This document shows, one piece after another, positions 24,727-37,655 of a stretch of DNA of 64,000 nt (position 1 is its first letter; each line of letters starts with the position of its first letter). Both the position numbers and the translations under genes were made by a program. The notes under the pieces are model-generated. The model was not told the DNA's origin and did no database searches. It was given only the letters and a program-made list of their open reading frames with translations. This DNA is from Adineta vaga (Eukaryota > Animalia > Rotifera), in the NCBI GenBank assembly GCA_021613535.1, contig CP075493.1, positions 17,112,001 to 17,176,000 on the forward strand. Reading direction: 5' to 3'.

Positions 24727-27700
24727 ATGGCCACGTCAACAGATATAGAAAATATGATACTTTTATGGTATCATGATTCAGCTGATAACGTAACGTTATC
24801 GACACTAACCATCGATGAACATCGACAATGGTAAGATCATTTTTCTATTGAATTTTCAAAGAATTGAATATTAAAAAGACGTTCTTTGAACTCTTCAATA
24901 TATTTCTCATTAACCCTTTCGTTACAGAATTTTTTTTCTCTGCACTGAACCTTAATAGATCCTTAAGCTAGGTGTTTTTGGAGATAGGGACCAATAACAG
25001 ATTGAGAGGTGAATGATAGAGCGATCGACCTTGTCTTCTTAAAAATTGGAGTTTACGCCTGGTACGAGTATAGGTAAAAAGTAATTTATCTACTGTCTCA
25101 TGTGATTGATGAAATGTAAACGCTGCCGAAGATTTTTATACTTGAGCGGACATTTTATCTTTTGATATTTATTAGTTCTAAAGCTTATCGAATGTTTTCA
25201 TGAAATAATAAAAAACAATTTTTATGTTGTTTTACACATAAAGAAATACCACAAAAACTACATTTTATGTTACTAAAAACTGGGCGAATTTTCGTGCTAC
25301 AATATCCACATCTGCCTTTGGCTCCAGCAATAGGCATATGTGCTGATAAAGAGGTTGATAAACATTTGTTCTTTAGTATTGACTGGATTCGTCTTTGCTT
25401 TTGAGCAGAATAGTGTATAGGTCTACCTCTTCTTTTTCGTGAACTTGTATCACCAATCAATGACACGGAGACACTAGAGAGAAATTCAACATAAGTCATC
25501 TGTTGTTGATTTAGATCATTGTAGCAGATAAATGAGTTTGAAAGACTTGCTTGAAGAAAATAAAGAAATATGCGAAACCAATTTCGCGTACATTTTCTGT
25601 CAATTGAATAACATGAGATGCGTTGGTCAAATAAATCTGTTCCACCCATGAATCGGTTGTATTTAGATATGATTTGGGGACAAACAACAGGTTGTTTTGA
25701 ACCATCTTTTGCTCTTCTACTAATCATTTCCGTTTTTCTTGGATCAAAGCAATTGCTTGCAGCAAACACTGATTTCTTGTCCTGCCACTTCACAACCGAT
25801 AATTGTCCAAAACAACAATATTTATATTCACCTCTTTTCAATTTGTCGTTTTGTAAGAGTTCCGACGGAAATAACTTTCTCTTAGTTCTTATTGTTCCAG
25901 TTCCTCCAATATTTTTCTTCTTTAGTTCCAACAGCAGTCGAACAGATGTAAAAAAATTGTCAAAAAATAGATGATGATTTACTAAATTCAAATTACCAAT
26001 AAGTCGTAGAACAACAGCTTCGCCTAATGTTCCTTGTCTAACTTCCTGTTTACCAGTATAAATATTGAAATTATAAAGATATCCCGTCAAAGAATCTGCT
26101 AAACACCACACTTTGTATCCTCTTTTGATTGGTTTTAAAGGTAAATATTGTTTTAATGAACTTTTACCTTTAAATTTGATCATACTTTCGTCGATGCAAA
26201 TATTGGTTCCCAAAGTATAGTTCGATTGAAAGTTTCTTTTGAGTAAACTAATGAAATCATAAACTTTGAATAGCTTAAATTTTTCTGAACCTTTAGGAAA
26301 TTGATCTTGTTTTTTATTATCCACTAAATGTAATGCAGTAAATATTCGTTGAAATTCAGTTCTTGGCATAACATTAGCAATAACACCTGTGTAAACTATT
26401 TTATTTCTACTCCAGTAATCAGTAATTCGAGGTAATCGATGTATACCCATAATTATTAATATACCAAGAAAAGAGCGAATAATTCCTTCGTTAACTTCTC
26501 TCCAATTGCTTGCAGATTGTTGTTCTGAAAATCTTTGCTTCCCATAAATATTTGTTTGTTTTATTATCAAATCAAAAACATTTTGTGTAAAAAATTTGTT
26601 AAAAATATCAATCGGTCTAATTCCATGTATAAGAGTTATAGTAGTATGTCCTTTGACTTCTTCTGAAGTAAAACTTGTGTCTGGACTATAAATTTTGCCC
26701 CATTTCCACTCACATTCTTCGTTATCTTCAGGTTCAAAATCACCATTCTCTTCTTCTTCTTCTTCTTCTTCATCATCACCATTTTCATCTTTATCTTCAT
26801 CTATTTCAAGATCACTTGCATTTTCATCGAAAAAATTGTTTTCATCATCAAAAGTTGAGTCACTTGTACTACTCATTTGATCTATGTCCATTTCCATTTT
26901 GTTATGTATATGAATTATGTTTCAAAAAGAAATAAATATCAAGATTTGTGTTTGGTTTATGTTGAATAAGTGAATAGAAACGTAACTAGTCAACAATATG
27001 GAATAAAAAGAAAGATAAAGTAACAACTAGTTTCAGAGTAGCGAAACATTTATATATATAAGTGTATATATGCACGTGTGTTTACTAACTTTCAACCACT
27101 AACAAAAAGAGAGAAAAAAAATCATAACAAAGAAATCACTAACGCACAGTGTGAAAGAGATAAGAGATGGTTCGAGAACCAGATATCAGTGCATCACAAT
27201 CATGTTATCAAATTGATTTATATTTCGTTATCCATATATACTTTGTTATATGTACATATGTAGATTAACTATAAACATCACCTAAGATACTTTTTTTTGA
27301 GAAATATGATATTCTTAATAAGATAAGAGGAGAATAGGAGTTATGACGACAGTGCATGTGGAATATATACTACGAAATGTTTGTAGAACATGCTATTTAA
27401 ATTTCTTTCAAGGAATTGCACACCGATTTTTGTAAATTTCATCATAAAAAAAATTAAAAAAACAGGTGTAGCTTTTTTTATACTATTGTAACGAAAGGGT
27501 TAAAAGTAACTCGAAAACATCTTTGTTAGAATGATTACATATTAAAATCGAGTGTGTCATTATACTTAAATTTTCAGTATCTATTGAATCAATCTTAAAG
27601 TTTCATAGATAAAACATTGTCATATAATCGATTTAATCGACGAATACAAAATGTGTTTCTTTTTAGTTTAGTACATAAAAACATTCCTTATTTACAATTT

Positions 27701-29924
27701 AATGATTTACAATCTTGTATAAACTATATGGAATCGATTCCAAAGAAGAAAATCTTTTTAATATTATCGATTTTATCAACATCAAATGAAATATTGTCTC
27801 GTTTGCATAACTATCGACAAATTGATTCTATTCTTATGTTTTCAAAAGATTTATCATATGACAAAGTATTTATTGAAGATTTATTAGATAAATATGCTAA
27901 AATTATTGGAATTTATACCGATGAAATCGAATTATTCAAATTAATAAACGAAAATATTGATTTAACTTTAAAACAAGAATTATCACTTTCATTTTATAAT
28001 CAACATCAAAAATCGACACGTGAACTTTCAAAAGAATCATCATTATTTCTTTGGTTTCAATTATTCAAAGGTAATTCGACGATCTTTACGAACTGAATTT
28101 CTGTTTATCATAATATTTTTCAATTTTGAGATTATTCATTTCTTTAATATAGATGTTCTTCTCCACATGCCACAGAATGATAAAAATGCAAAACAACAAT
28201 TAGTTAATTATTTAAAACAATATTATCGTAATAATAATAAACAATTAAAATTAATTGATAAATTTGATTCTACTTATAAAGCTGAAGATGCAATTCAATG
28301 GTACACTGGTCAACCATTTCTCTATAAAAATTTAAATAAAGCATTACGTACAGAAGATATTGAACAATTGTATTTATTTCGATTCTTTATTATTGATTTG
28401 TGTACTGCATTACATAAAGAATATACATATTTAAAAGAATTTGAACCATGTATTACACTTTATCGTGGAGCATCGATGTTCAATGATGAATTTGAAAAAT
28501 TAAAAGAAAATATTGGACAATTAATATCAATAAATGGTTTTTTATCTACAAGTCAAAGAAAAGAAGTTGCTCTTGCTTTTGCTTCATCTAGTAAATCATC
28601 AATGAAACATCGAGTACTTTTCGAAATCAAATGTGATTTAGCATTGACACAAACAACAATTTTAGCACCTGTATCACAATTTAGTTTGATACCTGATGAA
28701 CAAGAAGTTTTATTTGACACTGGTGCAGTATTTGAAATTATTTCGATCACAACAGATTCTTCTCAGACTACTACCGATGAAAATGAGTAAATATTATTCT
28801 ATATGTTCAAGCTTTTCTAAAAGTTATTGATTATCTTTTTCTACAGAGATGTTACGTTAGACGAAGGATCGATCTTATCAATCATCTCAATGAACGCAAC
28901 AGATGAAGGAAATCAAATTGCCAAAGATTATATCAATACTAATCTTACGCTATTGGAGGGTAGAAATTCACAGGTTATGTTTGGCATTTTACTTACTGAT
29001 TTAGGTCTTTATGATCAAAGTATTAAATATTTTGAGCGTCTTATCGCTGATCGTGATTTATTAACTCATGTGCCGAATGATATGATAGCCCGAGCTTACA
29101 ATGAAATTGGTAATGCATTGGATATAAAAGGAGAATATCATAGAGCATTGGAGTTTTATTTACGAGCATATGATATAACATTAAATGAAGATAATCTAGA
29201 TGATGAAAATCTTCTCAATTCTGCAACTCCATTAGCAAATATAGCATATGTGTTTAAGAATTTAGGACATTTCCAAAAGTCACTTGAATTCTTCTTACAA
29301 GCATTGGAAATTATAAATACATATTGTGGTGAGACACATCAGCAGACAGCAGCAATTCTTGAGAATATAGGCAGTGTTCATCGTGATCTTGGAAATACAA
29401 ATGATTGTTTAGAATATTTTCGTAAAGCATGTGACATATATAAAAAAATCTTTCCAGAATATCATCTTGTCATTGCTCGGATATTGAATAATATTGGAGT
29501 TGCATATATGAATCTTGGTCAACTTGATCTTGCTATTGATTTTCTCCAGCAAGGCTTAAAAATGCGTCAAAAATTATTACCAACGGGACATCTTGATATA
29601 GCGATTAGTTTAATGAATATTGGAGGAATTTTACATAACAAATACTATATTACACAATCACTTGATTATTACAACCAAGCATATACAATATTTCAGAAAC
29701 TGTTTCCAGATGGACATCGATGTACTGCACATTGTTTGCAAGAAATGGCTTCAGTTTACCAAAGAATTGAATCTTATGACACTGCATTAGAATGCTTAGA
29801 GAAAGCGTTAAAAATTCGGCAAAATCTATTCCGAGATAATCATCCTGAAATATTAGAAACTCATATGATGATCGACAATGTTGTTTCTCTGATTTTATTT
29901 CCGCGTAACAAATGTTTTCTTTAA
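24727..29924 (+). CDS. ADP-ribosyltransferase (R-S-E type) + TPR-repeat protein
   Basis: Exons 24727-24830, 27667-28070, 28153-28786, 28847-29924 splice in frame; LYRG, FLSTS, DEQEVLF; then about 7 TPRs. Confidence 0.88.
24914..27499 (-). mobile_element. piggyBac transposon 2, apparently intact, in intron 1 of the ART-TPR gene
   Basis: TTAA TSD (24910-24913, 27500-27503); 13-bp TIR CCCTTTCGTTACA. Confidence 0.95.
25185..26897 (-). CDS. piggyBac transposase, 570 aa
   Basis: CIDESM, FDNFFT, GTDLFDQ; acidic N-terminus; C-terminal Cys-rich domain. Confidence 0.95.
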   Translation of the reverse strand: MEMDIDQMSSTSDSTFDDENNFFDENASDLEIDEDKDENGDDEEEEEEEENGDFEPEDNEECEWKWGKIYSPDTSFTSEEVKGHTTITLIHGIRPIDIFNKFFTQNVFDLIIKQTNIYGKQRFSEQQSASNWREVNEGIIRSFLGILIIMGIHRLPRITDYWSRNKIVYTGVIANVMPRTEFQRIFTALHLVDNKKQDQFPKGSEKFKLFKVYDFISLLKRNFQSNYTLGTNICIDESMIKFKGKSSLKQYLPLKPIKRGYKVWCLADSLTGYLYNFNIYTGKQEVRQGTLGEAVVLRLIGNLNLVNHHLFFDNFFTSVRLLLELKKKNIGGTGTIRTKRKLFPSELLQNDKLKRGEYKYCCFGQLSVVKWQDKKSVFAASNCFDPRKTEMISRRAKDGSKQPVVCPQIISKYNRFMGGTDLFDQRISCYSIDRKCTRNWFRIFLYFLQASLSNSFICYNDLNQQQMTYVEFLSSVSVSLIGDTSSRKRRGRPIHYSAQKQRRIQSILKNKCLSTSLSAHMPIAGAKGRCGYCSTKIRPVFSNIKCSFCGISLCVKQHKNCFLLFHENIR

Positions 29925-31451
29925 AATAATTCAAACTATTTGTTCTTTAGTTTTATCTTCTTTTGAATTAAATATTTATCATAGTTTGTATAGAATGATT
30001 TATGTAATTATCATCAAAGGAAAACAAATTGTTTCTTCTGACATAATTATTTAAAAAAAACGTCTTTTTATTTGATTTTTCCATTGACGTTAAATGGAGA
30101 TTTTATGAATGAATAACGATGATATTTTGTTGTATTGTATAGAAGCGAACATTGACATAGAATAGAATGTCTATGGTTTATTCAAAAAATATCAAGATAA
30201 ATAAATGAAGTTCGTAAATAATTTAAAATCCTTTTAAAGCTATGTTGTTTGTCGATGCCTGCGGAATATATGTTTACATTAAGAGGAACCTTTGAGAAAC
30301 AGAAAGGTACTATCCCAGGTGTCACAGTCGGAATGACACCGAATAAGAATAATAAGATGGGTGATAGGTGAGATAAATCCATGAATATATATGTATAAAC
30401 ATTACCAAAATCCTGTTTTCGCCAATAGATACATGAAAAAAGAAAGTATATTGAAGATTCTAGAGCAGAAATGAACAACTCCAGTTTTAGAGTTAATACT
30501 TTTCTACAACGTCGATTGAATTTCGAACAAAACGTGTACGGATATCATCCAGGAACTGAATGAAGAAATCATATTGTGTTTGAAAGATCGACATTAGAGA
30601 AGTGATCTTATTCTCATCAAAACCAATCATTTTCCACATTTGTATCAACTAGCTTTATCAGTACAGAATTGAAAAAAGATGTTTTGATAGGGGGTACTGC
30701 CCAGGGCTGCCATATTCTCAAATATACATAATAATAAATTTTATACCACATGAAAGCGCTGAAACTGTGGAAAATTGGAAAATTCTGCATTATACAATCG
30801 TTATAATTCAACTTTGCAGGCTATAAGACAAAGAAAAAAATAGATATTTTCTAGAATATTCAACGAAGCGCTATTCTAGTGATCATAAGACCTTACCATG
30901 ACTCAGAAGGTACAGTTTTCCTTTTGCGTTCCGTTGTCTATTACTTTTGATGACGGTGAAGAGAAAAAACAAATAAACATACATAAATACTTCTGTTTCT
31001 TAATTATAATTTACAATTATTTTTTGTTTAAATAGACTAAAAAGAATACTGACAATTGATTTCTATTGTATATGAAGATTTGAAAAATAAGTAACTTTTA
31101 TCAGAATTTTCATCTTTTTTTCGCTGTTTGATTATGATCTGTATCTTTTAAGATGAGATTCAATGCCAGAGCACCTTTCATTTTGATCGCGAAGAAGTTC
31201 AGTAAAATTGGTTGGTAAAAATTTTAGTGACATTCTTTTGTTCTGTCTCACATATTATATACTTAGTTGGTTTTTTTTGCATTTGCATTAGCGACGAGAA
31301 AAAACTATGGGTATTTAGTTTTTTTCTCCCATGGAATCATATTTGTGCGTCATCTATTGTTCTTTTTTATGACATATTCTTTTGAACACCGAAAAGATGC
31401 ATTTTATTCAACATAAAGAGAAAAGAAACACAATTAGTCTCTTGTTTTTGT

Positions 31452-32951
31452 TTATAAAGTTTTTACCGATTGATCGATTTGCCAATTAATATGATTATAC
31501 TTTTGCTTCTCAGTTCGAAAAGCTTGTCCAACGACATTATGTGCAATGAGAGCATTCACTGAATCCAGTGCGTTATCTGGCAATGGTAAATGACCAAAGG
31601 GAGCCTCGGCAACGGTTATTGGCTTATCAGGTCTCGGTTGACTGGCACGAACAAAACCTGGATAAAACGTAAGCTTTACCGATCCAGTAACATTAGCACA
31701 TAACTCTCGAATAACATTGATATAAGCTACTGTAGTTGTATTATGTAAGTCACCACGCAAAATATCTTCAGCTAATTGAGCATTGAAACGAAACAATTCT
31801 TGTTGCATTCGTGGCGGCACAGATGCAGCTCGCAATCGACATGTTGCTTCACGAAGTGCATCAACACCTGGCGTTAGATTCCATTCTATTTCACCTTTTC
31901 CAGTTGGGCGTGATTCAACAGATGCTTTCCAAAGTAAACCATATTTAAAGCCAATTGTATTCAACTCGCCAACAAGTTCAACGAAAGTTAGTCGTTGTCC
32001 ATCGATAGCAACCGGTCGACCTTGTTCAAAATTCAAACATAGTGTTCGAGGCAAGAGATTTGTAGGAAGTTGTACAGGAAACTCATAGTCCAGTTGACTT
32101 CGGTTGCCATCTTCTTCTTTTTTCAAAAATGTTTCGTCTCCACTTGCACATGGATCATCTTTAGCAGATCGAGTTGATAAATCTTGACTAGTACACAATC
32201 GAATCATATCGAGACAATCTTTTCGTGTGAATATTTCTTCCCAAAAGAAAATCGGCGTCCAAAGTGGTTTATTAGCAAGATATTCATAAGCAGCTGTCAT
32301 GAATCGAAGATTATTATTTTGATTTTTTGCCGATCCTGTAAGATACAATTCTACTTCAGGAAATTGCTCTGCTAAAGCTTCAACCATGAGAATACGACTC
32401 AGTGACGAATTTGGGAAAATACCTGGTGAACCTGGTACGATGACGTCACCCATAAGTAATGGAATAAAATATTCACCAAGTTCTTCACGCATATCTTTGA
32501 ATTTTGCATCGAACACGCCAAGCATGGATAAATTCTGTCGAATATTGTGCGCATCATCAGCAATGCCACTACCACCAATACCTCCGAAGTTCAATGTAAG
32601 ACTTCGTACTTCAATATTAAAGAAACGAGACAAGATCAATGGGATAAATGATGTATCGACGCCACCACTAAGTAAACCACCTACTATTTTTGCACCATAC
32701 GGATTGACAAGATCACGTTCATACAATGTCATTACTTTGTTTTGTAGATCTGGTCGTGAGTTCAATTTCAGCATCATATCAGGATTTGGAGGTGTTGTCT
32801 TCTTATTTCTCGATAACAAAACATATGCTGACATGATACTCTTTTGTAGATCAAGCTGTTGCTGGTCGATCATTTTCTCCTCTTCCATCTGATCATTTTT
32901 GTGACAACTATTACAGCTAATAGCTGATAAATTTGCACATGCGTTCACCAT
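31452..32951 (-). CDS. Divergent argininosuccinate synthase-like protein, intronless
   Basis: PP-loop LSGGVDTS; NNNLRF (cf. NDQVRF); FEQGRPVAIDG...LVGELNTIG...G; VTGSVKL; likely start ATG at 32951. Confidence 0.8.
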   Translation of the reverse strand: MVNACANLSAISCNSCHKNDQMEEEKMIDQQQLDLQKSIMSAYVLLSRNKKTTPPNPDMMLKLNSRPDLQNKVMTLYERDLVNPYGAKIVGGLLSGGVDTSFIPLILSRFFNIEVRSLTLNFGGIGGSGIADDAHNIRQNLSMLGVFDAKFKDMREELGEYFIPLLMGDVIVPGSPGIFPNSSLSRILMVEALAEQFPEVELYLTGSAKNQNNNLRFMTAAYEYLANKPLWTPIFFWEEIFTRKDCLDMIRLCTSQDLSTRSAKDDPCASGDETFLKKEEDGNRSQLDYEFPVQLPTNLLPRTLCLNFEQGRPVAIDGQRLTFVELVGELNTIGFKYGLLWKASVESRPTGKGEIEWNLTPGVDALREATCRLRAASVPPRMQQELFRFNAQLAEDILRGDLHNTTTVAYINVIRELCANVTGSVKLTFYPGFVRASQPRPDKPITVAEAPFGHLPLPDNALDSVNALIAHNVVGQAFRTEKQKYNHINWQIDQSVKTL

Positions 32952-33283
32952 AATGAATTGTAAATATTCAATATATATATATATATATATATTTGTTAAT
33001 GAAAAAATACTTCGAGTTACTTTCTTTTTATATGTATACGAAGATTTTCTATGATTCAGGTGGAAAAAAAAAGTATCCCAGGGAATAAAAGATCGTTTCA
33101 AAGCATTCTGTGGGATGGGAGAGCAGCTGTTTTCTTTATGACACATTATGGGATAGAAGCAAAAATTTTATCTCCCGTCATATAACTATTCATACTATAG
33201 CTAAATATTTATTTACGATAGAATTCGCTACATAATTATCAATGTCAATAATATACACGAACATCTATGTTCAAATAATTCTT

Positions 33284-36200
33284 AAAAGGACGGGGGCGTA
33301 TAAGACCATGATTTCGCCCCTTTTGATTTTCTACTAAAAATTTCATCATTTCGTTCAGCAAATGACAGATATCAATGAATTAAATGTTTTTATGCTTAAA
33401 GAAGTTGATTTTTACATATAATCTATATATAAACTAAGAATATCAGGTTCATAGTATTTTTCACGTTTTTCCATCAAAAATTCAAATTTCAGTATATGGT
33501 CATTCAAACTTTGTTAGAGAAAAATATCAAAAATTTAAAATTATTCGAGACTACCCACGGAAAATTTTTTAAACGAATACCGTTCGTAGACGCGGTTTTT
33601 TCATGAGGACTGCGGTGATATCATTGAACACCGCGGGGTCTAAAATAAACCGTAAATAACCGCGGTACGTTCCACCGCAATATAGATTGACCGCGGTGTG
33701 CTCGTAAGAAACCGCAATCTGATCACCGTTGAAAATCGCGGTTTCAAGAAAGCTCGGTAACATGTTAATTAGTTGCAGTATTAAGGGAAGCGCCATCTTT
33801 CACTGCTTTATATTCTGCAAGCTTCTAATCATAAATCGCGATCTCCACATTTTTTCAAAAGATATTATTATTCTCAACAATATATTCTTACTATAAAACT
33901 AGATTTGTTGTTTTTTTGTGATGAGGATATATCATAACTATTTCAATGCACAAAAATATAGTTTGATGGAAAAAATTCTAATTCCAATTCTGATTAATTT
34001 GGTTTTCTTCGTATTGGAAAATGAAACAAATTATAAGCAAATCATTTCAAAAATAAAAATATAATCTTTTTTTCTATAAAACCATAATAAATTCTGTCCA
34101 AATTATTATTGATTCGTTTACGTGAAATAATTTCAAAACAAAAAATATTTGTTTTGTAGATTGGACTTATGAGAAAAGATTTTAGATTTGTAAAATATTC
34201 AACTAAACGTCAGTTTAATCTAATATTAGATGTAATAAAAAAAGAGAATCATAAATATACGTTATGCAATTAGTCAGATTTCGGTAAAGTAAGTATTAAT
34301 AATAATGTTTATAAGATAGTAGAGATTCAGTTAAAATATTTTTATAAATCTGTCTGTTCAACTGATACAATTCAGATCTATCTATCACATACTAATTATG
34401 TGTTGCAAATATAGATTTACATATATAGTAGGTTATAATAGTATTTCAAATATAGTTAGAGTTAGACTTTTTAGTACCGTTTGATATCGCGGTTTATCAA
34501 CTGAAAAGCCTGATGTATCTATATTTTCTTCCAGATACTACTTATTGAAATAGATTGTGTAGTTACTCCTTAATAGCAATTCTTAAAAATGATAAATAAA
34601 AGCTTTGAAATGATGTATATAGTTCATCAACAAGGAACATCTCAGAAAGCTTGATTAAATTATAGAACTAGTAATAATTATTAGGAATTCCAAGATTTAT
34701 ATAAATTCATTATTAAATAGAATATATTATCGTATATGAAAAGATTTTTCATCACTGATAAGAAAGACTATCATATTTGATATTAGTATGTATATCACCG
34801 AATGGTTCAATGGAATTAGTGGACTGCAATCACAAGGTAAGGATATCGAATCTAATCAGAAGCAAGTCAATAAAAAATAGATAGTGGTGTTTAATGAGTT
34901 GACCGAGGTGTTAGATAACCGTGTTAAGGTGATAGATAGGTTGCGAACATAGAAAGTCAAGGATAACCATCAAGATGATGAATTGATTTTTTTCAATAAA
35001 CCGTCAATAACCGCGGTTTTCAATACCGCGGTTTCGGACGGTGTGAAAAAAACCGAATAAAAGGTCTGACTTTTGCGGTTCGAAATTACCGGTCAGAACC
35101 GCAATTGATATACCGTTAATTACCGCGGTATTTCTTCAAAAATTTTCCCGTGGGTATTTCGATGCAGAATTGTGCGGGCTATCGTTCTGTGAAAGATTTA
35201 TTTGTTTAAAAGTTCAATTGTATTATATTTTATCAAATATTCGTCGTGTATTATATCAAGAAAGATTTCAAAGAGCTATTGCAGCTAGAATATTATACAT
35301 AAAAACTTTTTAACAAAACTAGCACCCACTTTTTCATATAAGCCATCTTGTAGAGCGTCGAAAGCTCTACAAAATCCACTACGTTTAAAGGTTTTAAAAA
35401 GTGGGCCCGTGTGTCAAATTCTAGCCACACTGTATTTCAGGCCCTATTTTTGATGTTTTTCATCAGTCTTTGCTGAATTTCGTCGATAAAAGTTTTTACT
35501 TCGATACAAAAAGATTTCATATTCGAAATCAGCGTAAAAAACTGAGTCGACCTGTGTATATTTCAAACTGTTGTTCGAACTTTCATTTTTGGTCTATATT
35601 GAACCCTGGGGTCCCCCTCAGGCACACATGAAAAACCGAATATCGTCAGAATCCGTTAAGGACAGTATAAAACACATCGTACGGTTATCAGATAACGTTA
35701 TCACATAAAAGTATATAGATTGACATAGTAAAGTAGGCGCTTCTAAGTACTATACTATTTTGTATATCCCTGAGGGGGACCCCAGGGTTCAATATAGACC
35801 AAAAATGAAAGTTCGAACAACAGTTTGAAATATACACAGGTCGACTCAGTTTTTTACGCTGATTTCGAATATGAAATCTTTTTGTATCGAAGTAAAAACT
35901 TTTATCGACGAAATTCAGCAAAAACTGATGAAAAACATCAAAAATAGGGCCTGAAATACAGTGTGGCTAGAATTTGACACACGGGCCCACTTTTTAAAAC
36001 CTTTAAACGTAGTGGATTTTGTAGAGCTTTCGACGCTCTACAAGATGGCTTATATGAAAAAGTGGGTGCTAGTTTTGTTAAAAAGTTTTTATGTATAATA
36101 TTCTAGCTGCAATAGCTCTTTGAAATCTTTCTTGATATAATACACGACGAATATTTGATAAAATATAATACAATTGAACTTTTAAACAAATAAATCTTTC

Positions 36201-36505
36201 ACAGAACGATAGCCCGCACAATTCTGCATCGAAATACCCACGGGAAAATTTTAAATTTTTGATATTTTTCTCTAACAAAGTTTGAATGACCATATACTGA
36301 AATTTGGATTTCTAATGAAAAAACGTGAAAAATGCTATGAACCTGATATTCTTAGTTTATATATAAATTATATATGAAAATCAACTTATTTAAGCATAAA
36401 AACATTTAATTCATTGATATCTGTCATTTGCTGAACGAAATGATGAAATTTTTAATAGAAAATCAAAAGGGGCGAAATCATGGTCTTATACGCCCCCGTC
36501 CTTTT
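33284..36505. mobile_element. Foldback element 1 (possibly Kolobok-like) with a nested insertion
   Basis: Left arm 33284-33553 + 35155-35622, loop 35623-35768, right arm 35769-36505; termini AAGGACGGGGGCGTATAAGACC; flanks TTAA / TTGA. Confidence 0.9.
33554..35154. mobile_element. Non-autonomous CACTA/EnSpm-like element nested in foldback 1
   Basis: CCCACGG...CCGTGGG termini, 2-bp TA duplication, subterminal ACCGCGGT palindromic repeats. Confidence 0.8.
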
Positions 36506-36761
36506 GACATAGATAATGATATTGAAAGATTAAATCATTTTGACTGAAGTTTCCTGTTAATAATGAAGATGAATATGGACAAAGAGTTTTGGTTGAGAAT
36601 TCAAGGTTTTTCAAAACGCGGTTTTTTGCCGTTTTTTTTCTTGTGAGAAAGACAGTGAGATGATATGAAAAACAATAGAAAAGAATTAACAGTGAAACAG
36701 AGAAGCATCATGAGAACGAATATGATGATCAATAGAAACGAAATATATCGACAGAAAACAT

Positions 36762-36803
36762 ATATGGGTATTTCCATGGGATCTCAACCACTTTATACAC
36801 AAG
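36762..36803 (+). repeat. Solo terminus of the foldback-2 family
   Basis: ATATGGGTATTTCCATGGGATCTCAACCACTTTATACACAAG is nearly identical to 40794-40835. Confidence 0.8.
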
Positions 36804-37140
36804 GTCGTCCAAATAATTATAAATGTGATGAAACTCAATTATCATGTCAATTAAATGATTTATTGATCTTAAGAAGTTTACGAGAAATTGATATTGATTA
36901 TCACCAATGTGGTTTTACTGATTTTGGTTGTTCAGCTGATCAAACATGTTGTCAAACATATGGTTCGTCAGATGGAGAATATGCTTGTTGTACTTTAGCT
37001 GATGTAAGATTGTCTTTTAGTTTTTCTTTGAAAAAACTTTTTTTTTCTCTTAGGCTCAATGCTCTGACGATGGACGTCATTGCTGTCCAAAAAGTACACG
37101 ATGTGATACACAAAATGGTGGCTGTGTTCAAGATTTTTAA
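36804..37140 (+). CDS. Single-domain granulin-like protein, 5' part missing
   Basis: Intron 37004-37053; spliced CGFTDFGCSADQTCC...ACC...AQCSDDGRHCCPKSTRCDTQNGGC follows granulin Cys spacing (one CC is CS). Confidence 0.75.
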
Positions 37141-37655
37141 ATGAATGATTTGTCTTTCAATGAAGTTTTATTTTTATTAAATTATACAGTTTGCGAGATT
37201 CATAAAATATTCATTTTAATTAACTAAAATATTAATAATAAACAATATTTATTTTTCAAACCTATGTGACGACTATATGCTTGTGGAAATCGAATCTATC
37301 GATTACTCTCATTTTCAAGATAATAGACATGATTATCGATCATTTGATTTTATACGAAACATGTATTAGGTACACTTTTATTTCTCAAGTTTACTTCACG
37401 ATTTTCGATCCATCTATTAAAATAAAAACAGAAAGGCATGCAGAGAATGTACGTGTATGGATAGTCTCAAAAGAACGAAAACGAAATGTAAGGAAAAGAA
37501 AAGCCCTCGATCGAGGCACAAAGTATAGAATAGAAAGAAAATGAAAAGTAGCGATAATGACGTCATTTAGAAATATATATAAGAATGATTTATTTCGTTG
37601 AATTTAATTCATTTCTATCGTACTATTCGTCGTCATTTATATATTTATTATAATC

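Noticed and set aside
31783-32892. Plus-strand ORFs over the ASS-like gene, and similar antisense ORFs in the transposases
   Set aside because: Shadow ORFs of real coding sequence.
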